Under the pieces are notes generated by a model. It ran no database searches, was not told the DNA's origin, and saw only the letters and a list, made by a program, of their open reading frames with translations. Shown piece after piece: positions 12,454 through 26,209 of a DNA stretch of 64,000 nucleotides. Origin of the DNA: Podarcis cretensis (Eukaryota); contig OX638150.1 of assembly GCA_951804945.1 (NCBI GenBank), positions 41,912,001 to 41,976,000 of the forward strand. The letters are read 5' to 3'. The position numbers were made by a program, and so were the translations under genes. Position 1 is the first letter of the stretch. Each line of letters begins with the position of its first letter.

Positions 12454-15400
12454 ACATTGCAACTTCCTATGTTCCTAGAATAAACTGGAAGAGTTTTCAG
12501 CTTCAGTCTTAAACACACCAGGGAGGAACAGCGTGGATCTTACTTCTGAATAAACATTGATAGAATTAGACTGCCAGTGTTTTATGACAAGAGTTGCCAA
12601 TATTTTATGCCCCTAACAGCTGCATCGCAAGCATAAATTAGTGATGGCTTTTTCCATTGCTGAATCTTCATGCAAGGAAAAGCTGCTGTTTTTATGCAAC
12701 TTGTTAAAAGCACAAGAGCTCTGCCAGAAAATAAGTTGGCAAACTCTTTTATGACACAACAGTAGCTCAGGCTATAATGCACCATAAACATGGTGGAAAA
12801 GAGAACACGACAATAAATCATCATCATCTCATGACAGCAAGAAGAAACCAACTCCCTGCGGGGCTATAAAAATTTAAAACATTAAAAGCTAGTCAACTAG
12901 TTTTTAAAAGAACGGGTTGGAGGGTAGGGAAGGCCTCACTCAGAAATGTCTTCAGCATGGTATTGTTTTCTGGATTTGCTTGAACTACAGAACAAACTGC
13001 CAAAACGTGTTTAACCATTAAAACCATTCATGCTGCAATATTTATATGCTCTATTAATCATACATCAATAGATAATGGCCGAGGAGGCTGCATGTTTCTA
13101 GGAGTGAAGGAAGCAGGGAATGTTGCTCCTTCATAAAAGAATGACCTTCATTCATCCGGGAGCATTCATTTATAATCTTGCTATATCCATCGTCAACTTT
13201 AATAAAGTGTATATTTAATTATAAAGAGTAACACCAGCTCTTTGAACTCTCCTTGATTGAGTTATGGCAGACAGCTGATAATCTGAGCACTGCTGAATGG
13301 CTCCTGAGCAGGTCAAAGAGAAGCTTCCCATTGACTTAGGAGGAGCAGGACGGCGTCCTTTCTCTTCAACTTACTGAATTTTACAAGGCAAACTAATCTG
13401 ATTTCAGGCCTAACTTGTCTCCTTAGTGCTCAAATGCACACACACTTATGATCGTCAATGTCAGTTGAAATGGCCTAGACATGCAGCTATTCATACCTTT
13501 TGAAGAAAAATAAATAAATCAAGCACTGTAGGAGAATTCACTAGGCAGAGTGAAAAAGATGCAAGATAAAATGTGAGGATAGCAAAATCCTTTCTTCCAG
13601 AAAAACACTCCATTCTAACTCTCAACGTATTATGTGCCCTCAGTTTGTTACGTTTTGTTTCCAGTTCCAATTTAACCACATCTTCAGTCCACAGGAAGAG
13701 AATAAATAAATCTTCTACTTATTTATTCAAAATATTTTCATCTTGCTCTTCCAGAGTGGCTTACAGATGTCAGTGATAAGCGCCTGCCCTCAAGCTCACC
13801 ACCTGAAAGGCAAAGCACAAGAGGAAAAGGGATTGGGAGGGAGGAGGGGGAAAGTAAACCCAGGCAACCCAGGCAACCCATTCTCAGGGCTTATCCACAC
13901 TTCTGTTTGCAGAAAACCTGCAGTTTAGCACTGAATCTGAAACAGCAACCAGGTTTTCCATGGATTGCCATTTGTTCTGATTTAGAGCTAGAGAGCAAGT
14001 TTTCCAGGAGAAAGTGGCAGGGCAAAGGCAAAGCCACTCGAACCCATGTTTAGAAAGCACTGCTCAGACCCATAGTTTCTAGGCATGCGGCAAGCAGAAG
14101 TTTGAGCCCTTAGTTACAGAGTTTTTATGGTGTCTAGCTGGAATGGAATGAGTTTAAGAAGGGAAAGAGCCAGAAGTTTCTGGTCTCTCACCAAAGTCAC
14201 TGATGGAGTGATTGTAGTAGCGCAATATTGAATGTCACTTTGTATTTCTAACTGGGCAGTGGAGAGCGGAGGAAGGAACTTCTGAAGGACCTTTAGAGAT
14301 CAAAAGCTGTTCTAGCCTCCTCTTTACAAAGAGCATGAATTGCCTACACCCGGTTGTTTCTTTGGTTACATTATTCTTCAGAATTTATCACTATATCCTC
14401 CTCCATTTTGTCTTCTCACCAGCCACGGGATGTAGGTTAAGCTGAGGGATAGACCCAAGGGTAGGTCACTCAGTGAGCTTCATGGCCCAATATGGATTAA
14501 TATTTTGGCCCTCTACATATTTTGGCCCCACAAGCATTCATAAATAAACAAAAGGATAGAGAAACACCCTCTAGCTACTAGATTTCACTAACATGGCAGC
14601 CTTCATAAGTTACTGGACTACAACTCCCATCATTCCTGAGCACTGGCTGTGCTGACTGGGCCTAATGGGAGTTTGAGCCCAGCAACATCCAGAGGGCACC
14701 ATGTTGGCTACCCCGGTAGGAGACCATGCCAAGATGGTGAGCATAGATGTCTTGAGCCATAGTTGGAAAATGGTATCTGATGGCCTTGCGGCCCCTGGGA
14801 ACAAGAAGAGGCAGGACCACAAGGCCCAAGCTCAAGTGAATTACTGACTGTCTTTCTTCTTCCACCCTCATAGCTCCACCACCCAAGCACCCATATAACC
14901 ACTGCCTTTGCCTTTGCCCCTGCCTTTCTTCTTGGCAATTTCTCCTTTGTGTTGAATAAACTGAATATGTAATTTCATTTTCTCTCTTAGAGCATTAACA
15001 ACCTTGGGATTGTTCAGATTCACAATGAAGACAACAAACAAGTAATTACTGACAAACTGATATTGCTGTCGAGAGAAGAATGCAATTGATTTTAATTTCT
15101 TGTCAGTCCTGTTTATACTTCTGTTGCATTAGATATAATAAAGTGCTACGGTAGATTATGGTCTGCAATAAAACAGCGTGTGCACGTTTTTAAATAAAAA
15201 TTAGGCCCAACAAACTGCCTCCCGTACGAAAGAACATGCCTTCCCCCACAGTGTGCCCGCCTCCACTTAATTCACTTTGGAGCAGTACATCCATTTCACA
15301 GGGCTCCTGCGGGAACCACAATTCATACTCAGGCACTGAGATTCTCTCTGGGACAAGAATTTGGCTGAGGTGCAACCCTTTCTGTATTTGCCCTTCAAAT

Positions 15401-16070
15401 ACCAGTGCTCAGCTCCGAGTATGGGCTACTTAAGTCAACTGGTATCTATGGAGGCAAGTACAGTATAACTTCCATCAAGTTACTGTAGAAAAGAGGTTTA
15501 TTTGCATGAGTTCTGCACTGCACCAATCATATTTGTTGCTATAAACTTTGTAAATGGATGCTATAGGAGACTGGAGTACAAAACAAAACTTAGGAGCAGA
15601 TACTTCTCACTACAGTTGATCTCTAAACAGCTCCTCCTCTTGGTTTCTGTTTTTTGTGGTGTCCCCTGTAACTACTTCCCTTCATGCACCCTCTCACTGG
15701 TTCCTTTCTACATGCAATAAGCAATGTGTGGAGTGCCATTTCCTGCAGGTCTGTTGGCATACTTTACCAGATACAGTCTTCAAAACAGACGTAGCTCTGA
15801 ACACATCCATTGACGTTTAACACCTGACTCTCAAAAAAGTATACAGTTTCAGAATTCTGTACACGCTAGCAGTACCATTGGATTCAGTTCCCAAATGTCA
15901 CTCACAGTTGGTGCAGCTGGCAGTTAAACTCTAGGATTAGGAACCAAATCAGCACACATTATAAATCTATTCAAACAGATCTCCAGCAGTGTAAAGTCCT
16001 ACTGTCTCTAACAGTGGTTGAATTACCAGGGGGTGGGGTCCTTTGGTGATGGCCCTCTTGAACAATGTTT

Positions 16071-16112
<42 letters not shown>

Positions 16113-17475
16113 GGAGGAGGGCATGATTTGGGTAAAACTGAAAGGAGGAAGAAAGTGGTGCTTGAGAATTAATTAAGGGCCCCCTATTTAACTTACTCCC
16201 CCTAAACTGAGCACCCTCCTAACTTTGAGGCAAGCAACTCAGATTCAAGAAGGTGAACCTGTCTCCATAGGGGTGCCAAGTCAAGGTTAAGCACTCTAAA
16301 GTCTTACTGATTTCAGTGATTAATTCTCACCTAGGACTCAGCTATACAGATGCAAATATAACATTTTAAGTGTGTTATACAAATGTGACACGATCGTGCT
16401 GATGAGCTAATGGCAAATTCCACATATATATTTACAATGCTTTTTTATATCTGTGTACACCCACCCCTACTGAAGTCAATGGAGCTCAGAGATGCTAACC
16501 TTTTGGCTTGAATTGTGCCTTACATGTGTCTTCATAATGTTTCTGCTTTCAATATCAAGGAAGTCTCGTTGTCCCTATGCTTCCCTCCTCCCTGTGTTCC
16601 AGCATCCTACACATGCATTAGATTTACTTATCTAATATTAAGTTTATGTCTGATACAAGATCGCCAGTATCCTAAGCCCTGTAGTGTACAGTCACTTTGA
16701 AATGCACTGGAAAGTTGTTTATTGTTGCTGTTATTGAAACAAGCATAGTTTCTAATCTGCCAAAACTAATCAGAAGTGAACCAGTCAGTGTAAGAACATT
16801 GAACAAGGTACTGAAATTTTATTGTGACTGAACTGAAACCCAAGCAGAACAAATTTAAGTCGTAGGTGAACTGGAACAGAATCTGAACATCTACTATCTT
16901 GCTCCTTGTGATCTGGAAAGGGTGCTGTTGGAGAGCCAGCCCAAATCCTACAGGGATATTTTCATCAATTAATCAGGATTTCCCCCCTCCCCTATTCTAT
17001 GAGTGGCATTTATTCCTGCCATCCCTACTCCCCATGATCTTTAATCCTAATTAATTTCATTGGCGCTCACTGCGGCCCATGCGATGTGCTGCTGGCATTT
17101 GCATTACACTGTTGGGCTAGAGAGCACACTTCTCACCTGCTGAGACTCCTCCATAGAGAATGGAAACTCTGTGACTCTCCAACCCCATCAAACGGATGTG
17201 TTATTAATTGACCGGGCTTTCTTTGCAGCCGCCCCAGGAGAGCTCTCATCTCGGCTCTGCTAAGGATTGGAGGCTGTTAGAGCTAATGCACTATTGATGA
17301 GGCGGCAACAGGACTACAGAAGTATCTACTTAAGCAAGAAGTATTTTTAGACTCTCACAGGGTCTGGACAGAGGGAGCCACCAAGACATGGAACTTGCCT
17401 GACTGCCGTCTAACATATGCCACTGCTTTCTGGATCCTAGCAACACCAGTGGCTTTGTCTAGAGAGACTGATCCT

Positions 17476-17860
17476 CTCCCCCCTCCCTCTATAATTTTTA
17501 TTACATTTTCTGTTTTACATTTTAGAATATTCATTCAAACGACCTTAAGATGTCAATGACTTCCCTTCTTCTCTTTCCATGGTTCATTTTGCAAAACGTA
17601 AATCCCTGCATATTTTATATAAACTAAACCATTCAGTATTTCATTATTGCACCCATCAAAACTTATTTACACTGTTGAGTTTATCTTAATGCTGCCCACA
17701 TTTTCAAATATTCCCCCAGATATTCAATAAACATTTTCCAATCTTCTTTAAATGCATGTTCTTGTTCTCTTATTCTATAAGTTACGTCCGCAAGCAGCGC
17801 ATATTCCATCAGTTTAAGCTACCATTCTTCTTTCGTTGGGACTTCGCTCGATTTCCATTT
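17476..17860 (-). mobile_element. 5'-truncated L1-clade LINE 3' end
   Basis: Minus-strand KWKSSEVPTKEEW*LKLMEY..FKEDWKMFIEYL resembles an L1 ORF2 C-terminus, followed by an A-rich 3' UTR; 16-bp TSD TAGAGAGAyTGATCCT (17460-17475 / 17861-17876). Confidence 0.75.
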
Positions 17861-19059
17861 TAGAGAGATTGATCCTTGATTTCGTTGGTTTGCGTGTTAC
17901 CCTGAGTGTGTTTGTGTGTGTATATGAGGAAATCTATAACCCTCTTTTCCACTATACATGGTGTCTCACAGAAAATTAAAAGCAAAATAAAGCAATCCCA
18001 CAACATAACTTGATCAAAACAAATACAAAGAAGAGAGTGGCAGCCGGAAAAGAAAAAAACAACCCAGGCAGCATCAACAACAATGAAACAATCTGCTAAC
18101 CCAGCTAAATGCCTGCCTAAAGAACCATGTATTTATAAAGACAATGGAAATATGGCAGTATGGGGGCCATGCAGATCTGCCACCAAGGTGCCACTATAGA
18201 GAAGATTACTTCTTCAGCATTCTCACAAAACACACTTCAGAAAAACATACCAGAGAACCTTTCCAGGTGACCTTGGAGACTGAGAAGGTTCATATGGGCA
18301 GAGGCAGTTAAAGGTGTAATCTATCAAATCCACACTTTCTGAAACAATATATGACCTGAAATGCATGATAAAATGTGCCCTTATCCAAATTTTGCAATGC
18401 AGACCTCCAACCAAACTGTGTTTACAAAAATGCATATATATTAAGTCGGGGTGTGCCTAAAAATTAGTTAAAAGAGCATACAAAACACATTATGTTCTGG
18501 GAAATGGCTTGCAAAAATATGTACGTTAGTCAAAACTGCATGTAAAATGTGATTATTCACACTAGAAAGCTGATGTATTTTCATAAGGATGTAGAGACAC
18601 TTGCAAGTCGCTGCAGAGATATAGAGAACTGAATTTAAGATTGGGTGAAATGAGAAAATGAGAAAACCAACATTCACAGACCCTTCCATCCCTACTCATG
18701 GGAGGCATCTGTGTTGTGGGAGCAACTTTGACATGTGGGCAAAGGGCAAGAAGCAGCCCATGATATTTTCTGAACATAAGTGAACAGGTTGACTGTTTCC
18801 CCTGCAGCCTCCTGTGTGGTCTTCATGCATAGCGCCCAAACAATCCCTGGGAGGATATTGGCAGGAAGGAGCCCAGTTTTGGTGGAAGGCAGAAGCAGCT
18901 AAAGAAACATCTCAAGAGGTGGGTGTTCCTCCTTTCAAAATGACCCCTTCTTCTCCAACCTCATGTTTTATGCTCTGCTGACAAACCATATGAAATTCAT
19001 TTGCAGCTCTCTGTCTTGCTGCAGCACTGTCAGATCAGTTTGCAGCTGTGGATAGATTC

Positions 19060-19102
<43 letters not shown>

Positions 19103-20550
19103 GAGATGGATGGAGAATCTCCCACAAATCTCACAGAGCAGAGAAGGTGTGGAAGTGGCTATAAAATCTGCTATAAAGCAGGTGGAAGTGTACAAAAAGG
19201 GTGCAATAAAGGCAGAGATCGCTTCCATCTGTTACGACACTGGCTGGGTGGTTTATTCAGCTAGAGAACTGGCATGTCAAACTGAATATATGTCAGGATT
19301 CATTTAGGATCCTCTTGTCACATCACATCATGGTTAGTAGGACCACTGTCAATGCCACTGTAGAAGGTGGCCAGGAAGGAAAGATGCTATCCTACCTACC
19401 ACCTTGAGGAAGGTGAACTGGGATGGTGGCAGAATAGAAAACAAGTATGAATTACTTACAATGCCCCAGGGTAATTCCATGAAAGTGTCAATATACAGGC
19501 TCATTTTTCATTTTTATAGTAAATGTGTTCTCTATCATTTCCAAGATAATTTCCCAAAGTTTTATTATCTGGCAACAGTTATTCAAAGCAGCATTTTACA
19601 TGTGAGAAAAACAAACAGAAGCATGGCATGCAAGATGACCCGGAACTTCTCTGTCCCCCCCACCCCCAAAGTTCAATGAAATACCTTTCCAAGAAAATAG
19701 AGAATAGGTTAATGGTGCTTTATTGTATTGATAGTTTTGCTGTCTCATTTGGTGAGCTGGCAAGAAATTTTATGCTAGGAACAAAATAAGATGAGGTTAG
19801 GACAATGACGCTTATGCTGATATATACATTTGTCACAAACACAAAACCACAGACTTTCCTGCCCCCAGTACAAAGAAGGACTTCAGATGATGATTGCTGG
19901 GTCTGCCGTGGTTAAGATGGAGAGAGGCAGTCCTTAAGGCATTGGGAGCTGAAGGTCTCTTGTCTTGTCCCAGAGAACAGTACATCTCTGAAAAACACCG
20001 AAGGCAGTCTTGAATACAAAGTGTAAATAAATGCTAACATGAGTTAAAATAAATACCACACACACAGGGATTAATGTCCCTATGGGAAATGTGATTATAA
20101 GTATCACATGCAGAGCTTCTTGCTTTGGAGGCATTTATTTGTGGGTGTCTTATCAGTAAATTTTCACATATTATATTGGTCATGTTACATTGGTCACAGG
20201 TCATTTGCCAGAAAACATTTTCTGCACGGATAAATTCTTGAGGTTGCAAAACTCTAACATAGGTCATAGCTTTTAAAATGCAGCAATAAGAAAGCATTTG
20301 AACTACTTCTTGAATATTTATGTAGAGGCAATCAAGGCAGTTAACAAACAAATAGTTTAATGTTAATTGGAGTTAAATAATAGAGGCTGAAACACAAAAT
20401 ATTGTGTAAAGAAGCTTAAAATGTTACATTGGTCACTGTGGAATTACCCCACCATCCTATGCAGATGAACTCTGCAGTCTAACAGAGTTCAATCCAGCAT
20501 CTTCCCTGATATGTGTGTATATGATTGTAGCCTTATTTGCACCTACCTCC

Positions 20551-20906
20551 TCTCTCTCTTCTCTTGCTCTCTCTCTTGGAGCTCACTTGTGGCCGAGTAA
20601 GATTGCCTTCCATGAACACAGTCTTAGTAGTGTGTCCATAAAAGACTGGAGGCCAATTCTGGATCCGCACATCGTTCCACAGTAGGGACATAGGTTTCTG
20701 GGCAGGAGTCAGTCATGATGAGGATTTGCCAAATGTGCCTTCCTCTCAGCTCTTTATTCCCTTTTTTCCTGAATTCATGCTTCTTCAAAATCCATGACGC
20801 CTTTGGTAGAGGCTATTCTCCAATTGGTGCGCTCGCAGGCCTGTGTTTTCCAATTATCGGTGCTTGTACTACATTTTTAAAGAATTGCTTTCAGAGTGTT
20901 TTTAAA
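20551..20906 (-). mobile_element. 5'-truncated RTE-clade LINE 3' end
   Basis: Minus-strand C-terminal Cys motif (C..CGTMCGSRIGL); perfect 20-bp TSD CCTTATTTGCACCTACCTCC (20531-20550 / 20907-20926). Confidence 0.8.
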
Positions 20907-21408
20907 CCTTATTTGCACCTACCTCCAAACTATCATTGGTGAGGTGTGAATGCTGCATCAGTAGGGGAAATATTAAGCACTACAAAACTCAACTATTGTG
21001 GCATATTTGTTACAAGAGGCAGTATTTCTGCACAGATGACTCTTGTTTGTTCTGTTAGCAGATCTGTCTGTGTGTCTTGGTGCATCTATTCCCATACGCA
21101 TGTTCACAGAAGCACAAATTTAGCGATCTTTAATCAGGAGACAATTGTGTGTTACAGTGGTTATTGCACTATGTTACTACCGATTGAGACATCACAATAC
21201 TGTTATGCTGACTTGGAGGAATTAGCAAGAACCAACAAATGTCCATATAAATGCAGAAAACATGTTTAATTACACAAAATGGCAGACAGTAAGTAAAACA
21301 GCTTGGGGTGGGGTTGTTGAAACACCGGTACAGAAGTATAAAATAGCAGGATGGCTAGCTGTGAAAAGTTACAAAGGCCACCCCACACCCCTGTTGACGA
21401 AACATAAG

Positions 21409-21807
21409 TGTCAGGGAACTGCCATCGGAGCCCAGGGAGGTGGCGAGGCTCCCAGACGCTGGGGAGGGAACCAGCAGGGGGAGAACTTCCACTGAGGAAG
21501 TAGAGGAGGGGGAAGTGTCGGAGGGAAGGCTCAGAGACGCTTCCAGCGAGAGCAGCGGAGAGAGCTCAAGACCTCCCATTGGGACACCCACTCTGCGCAG
21601 AAAGCTGTCGCGCAGGGAAGCTAGGCGGAGACTCTCAGTTAAGGAGCTTTTATGTTGGAAGAAATTCAGGAAACGCCCACTGACGGATTCTGCCAGCGAT
21701 TAAGACGGCCACTAAGTAAGGGCTGTCCGGCCAGGGAAAGTTTTAGCCAACTACTAAGCTTGGAGCGGTGTGGCGCTTACGCACAAGCAACCCCTTATCC
21801 CATTACA
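21409..21807 (+). mobile_element. Solo LTR (Gypsy/chromovirus-like) carrying a 97-codon open frame (21410-21703)
   Basis: TGTCAGGGA...TCCCATTACA termini; 5-bp TSD ATAAG (21404-21408 / 21808-21812). LTR orientation is inferred. Confidence 0.85.
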
Positions 21808-21986
21808 ATAAGCTTCTATTTTAACAGTCCTTATAACACAGATAGAAGGCCTCAGGTTCTATGTCACAAAAAAGCAGGATAAAAAAATCTAAGAAAATAA
21901 AATACAAACAAATGTTGGGAGTCCTAAAATTAAATATGTGGCCCCCTTTCCTCCTCATATCTAATGCGCTCCTCAGCTTTACCACT

Positions 21987-22925
21987 CTACTTATTCAACA
22001 TCTTTATCAACGACTTGGATGATGGACTCAAGAGCATCCTGATCAAATTTGCAGATGACACCAAACTGGGAGGGGTGGCTAACACCCCAGAGGACAGGAT
22101 CACACTTCAAAACGACCTTGACAGATTAGAGAACTGGGCCAAAACAAACAAGATGAACTTTAACAGGGAGAAATGTAAAGTATTATTGCACTTGGGCAAA
22201 AAAAATGAGAGGCACAAATACAAGATGGGTGACACCTGGCTTGAGAGCAGTACATGTGAAAAGGATCTAGGAGTCTTGGTTGACCACAAACTTGACATGA
22301 GCCAACAGTGTGACGCGGCAGCTAAAAAAGCCAATGCAATTCTGGGCTGCATCAATAGGAGTATAGCATCTAGATCAAGGGAAGTAATAGTGCCACTGTA
22401 TTCTGCTCTGGTCAGACCTCACTTGGAGTACTGTGTCCAGTTCTGGGCACCACAGTTCAAGAAGGACACTGACAAACTGGGACGTGTCCAGAGGAGGGCA
22501 ACCAAAATGGTTGATGCCTTATGTGGAACGGCTAAGGGAGCTGGGCATGTTTAGCCTGGAGAAGAGGAGGTTAAGGGGTGATATGATAGCCATGTTCAAA
22601 TATATAAAAGGATGTCACATAGAGGAGGGAGAAAGGTTGTTTTCTGCTGCTCCAGAGAAGCGGACACGGAGCAATGGTTCCAAACTACAAGAAAGAAGAT
22701 TCCACCTAAACATTAGGAAGAACTTCCTGACAGTGAGAGCTGTTCGACAGTGGAATTTGCTGCCAAGGAGTGTGATGGAGTCTCCTTCTTTGGAGGTCTT
22801 TAAGCAGAGGCTTGACAACCATATGTCAGGAGTGCTCTGATGGTGTTTCCTGCTTGGCAGGGGGTTGGACTCAATGGCCCTTGTGGTCTCTTCCAACTCT
22901 ATGATTCTATGATTCTATGATTCTA
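21987..22925 (+). mobile_element. Young 5'-truncated CR1 LINE (ORF2 RT C-terminal part, 3' UTR, (ATTCTATG)n tail)
   Basis: LFNIFINDLDDG..KFADDTKLGG..HLEYCVQFWAP; a small deletion near 22514 shifts the frame to PY(V)ERLRELGMFSLEKRRLRGD; octamer tail ~22897-22925. Confidence 0.95.
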
Positions 22926-24126
22926 CTTCAGTGTACCAAAGAAGCATCAAAAACAGGGAATGGAACATACAGAGGTGACTGAGAATCTCCTGCACAGAAA
23001 GCACAGGAGAGCTGGAGTCACTATTATGGGGCCTAAACTGACTTGCAGCAGCTCTGGAAACGGGTCTCTCATGCTGCTCTATAAACCAGCCCCAGCTGCC
23101 ATTCTGGGTCAACAGAAGGCTTGCAGGGCTACAAACTGTGCACACCAGCCCTCTACAAGCTACAAATTAAAAGCAGCCTCAAGAGCAGCGCAGTGGCAGG
23201 CTGGCTTCGACTGCTGAGGAGTCTCGAGCAGGCGGAACAAAAGGAGCCGGTGGCGTTGTGCTGATGCCCACAACATCCAAGGATCCGCAGCCATTCTTTT
23301 TCCTGCAGAAGCACTTCCTATCAGAACAATTTGGTGCTAATAAGCTCCATTTATAACAGTAAGCAGTGGTTTGGCAGAATAATTGTCACTAAATACCATT
23401 CAGGGCTTTCTTGCTTTTTTCCCTGCAAGTCACTAATTATTCCGCTGCTGAAATAGCATCCAGAGGAGCCACTGAATACCAACAAATGGGGAGCTCAGCA
23501 TTGATTCAGCGAAGCGGTGGCAGGGCCTGATTAGGAATTATAGCAAGGCCATCATCCCCCGAACAATGCCCCTTGTCGTCCCATGCATGTCACGTGCCGC
23601 ACCCAATCACAGTCCCCTCCACACAAGTGTCTGCTTCAGCTCCAGTTGCAGCTTGAGAAACAGAGCCTTTTAATAGGCTGTGTGACCCAGGGGAAGGAAA
23701 AGGCTGGTGACGAGAGGAGCAGCAGCACCTGGGAGGAGAGCTCCCAGTGCCCTTTATGACTTGGCTGTCGGGGCGTTGCAGCAAGTCCATGACATACATT
23801 TGTATAATATTTGCAAAGCGATAAATGTGCCTCTGGGAAATTAAGAGGGTGGGTGGCTAGGGTCACATCAGCACTGTGCTCTGCCAGTGCACACATTCAC
23901 CCTATAAGCAAAGCAAAACAAAACAAAGCCAAACAAACATTGGGGAAGGGAAAGAGAGCTGCTCCAAAAGAGTCCGGGTCTCCAGTCCTCTGGACCACAA
24001 CCAGCAACACCCCTGCTTGGCTGGCTGTAAAACATCAGTGGGTTCCCCTTGAGGGCCCTCTCAGTAAACGAAGCTCTCATGTTTGGTGCACTTTTGAGAC
24101 ACCGTTCCCAAAGGTAGGTATTAGAA

Positions 24127-24390
24127 GAGCCAGTGTGGCGTAGTGGTTAAAGAGCAGTGAACTCGTAATCTGGTGAACCGGGTTTGCTTCCCCGCTCTTC
24201 CACATGCAGCTGCTGGGGGATCTTGGGCCAGTCACACTTCTCTGAAGTCTCTCAGCCTCACTCACCTCACAGAGTGTTTGTTGTGGGGGAGGAAGGGAAA
24301 GGAGAATGTTAGCTGCTTTGAGACTCCTTAAGGGGAGTGAAAGGCGGGATATCAAGTCCAAACTCCTCCTCCTCCTCCTCTTCTTCTCTT
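24127..24390 (+). mobile_element. tRNA-headed SINE, same family
   Basis: GAGCCAGTGTGGCGTAGTGGTTAAGAGC head through ...GGCGGGATATCAAGTCCAAAC and (CCT/CTT)n tail. Confidence 0.85.
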
Positions 24391-26209
24391 ATTTGTATAT
24401 GCATGCACATTTGAATCTACCCCTTAGCCAAATTGGGCCGGGGGGGGGGTTGAGATACAGTGTTGGGTTTTTTTTTTTTAAGAGCACAAAATTCAGGTGT
24501 GCTAGTTTAAAGTTGGCAGATGGCAGTTCCAGTTGTGGAGTATTCCCTTACTATGACCATCACTACAGCGATGGCGAGTTCCCAGGCAGTTCTGCTTGAA
24601 TTGGTATGTGTTATGAAGTTCAAATTTGTGAAGTTCAAATTATTCAGGCATCCCTCTCCCTCCCCCTACTGTAAACTTATTGATATTTTTCTCTCCTGTT
24701 CTCTACTATAATTTTGCTGCCTTTAAAATATGTTCCCTACAATGCCTTCCTTGTTCCTATGCATATCATAGCAGCTCAGACGATTTCTTGCAATGTGAAA
24801 GCACCTGGTTCTTGGGGAAAGTTACTTATAGATAAGCATTATGATCATATAGTGGGTCATAAACCCTGTAAAGACACACACTTTATGGGGGGCTGCGATA
24901 AGACTGAATTAGGAAGGACACTGTGGATTTATAGGACTGGGGTTTTTTTTCATGAGAGATGAAACATGAGGTCAGAAACTATTTCAAACTGCCCTCAAAG
25001 CTGCACAAATTATCTTCAAATAACCTTTTAAAATAGCTCAAACTATAATAGAATCTTGAGAAAGGATAACACACTACCTTTGGGGAAAATAAAGAATATT
25101 TTATTATTGATTTTAATGCCAGGGGGGACGTTTGTGATTACTTCCTGGTTGTATGACTGCATTAATTTCCTCTGAATTGACATCCACAGCAACCTGAGAA
25201 CTCCTCATTCTAAAAACATGTAATCATTTGAGCTGATAGATCAGACCCTAGTTTAGTTTTTAGTGCCTGTTTATTTTTGATGCCTATGGGTATTAAACAT
25301 TGAAATATCTAGCGCTCTATCTTAGCCGCATGTTGGTTTCTCTTGCCAAAGAAAGGTGAAGTATAGATATTAGGCACAAATCTATTGGTAGCATAATGGC
25401 ATGTCTGTCCTGACATCACATCACCAGACAGCACCAAACCAAAGAGGAAGAGCACCAGAATCCCTCTAGGGTTTCAGATCCAATAAGGAGGAAGGGGGAC
25501 AGATAACAACAAAAAGTCATTTGAAGCTATGCACATTTGTGAATGGGGAAATAATTCACATTTGTAATTGTTCTGGCAGAAAATTAGCTGCAGTTGAACT
25601 TTGCTTTGAATATTCTCTGCCCTCTGCAAGTAATGGTTGAACTCCCCCCCCCCCCCGAGGAGCCCAATTAACAGTGCAATCTTATGCATGCCTACCCAGA
25701 AGTTCAGTGAGACTTCCTGCAAAGTAAATATGTCTGGGATTGCAGCACAAAGAACCCGTCCTGCAAAAAGGTTGAGCACCCTGAATTCCCTCTAAAATGT
25801 ATAACACTTGAGGGCACCGCACATCTCTAGGTGTCACCTGAGAAAATCATTATTACTGCCAGGAATCTCAGGGGCAAAAAGGAGTCAGAGTAGAATAAAC
25901 ATCTGTTTAGACTTCCCTGTGTCAACAACATTTCACCTTTGGATGGTTATGAGAATGATAATATTGCTTACGATTCTACTTATTCAGGTACTACTGTGAA
26001 CACAGTCCCATTGACCCAATCTTTTCTCTAGCAATAAAGCTCTCAGGAGCACACTATCCAAAGAGGAATAACATCTGCATGGCAGGACTCCCTGACAATT
26101 AAATCATTTCTCTTTCTACACCATGCAGAGGTCCCAGTGCTCTGTCTTCCTTGGCTATATAAAAGCCAATAGGGTTCTGTCCGGTAGTCAAACATCTGAC
26201 ACAACTTTT

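Noticed and set aside
16398-16425. CTGATGAG as a hammerhead core
   Set aside because: No GAAA after the putative stem II and no stem I or III.
21964-22840. RT ORFs as a host or domesticated gene
   Set aside because: 5'-truncated, frameshifted CR1 ORF2 with its 3' tail intact.
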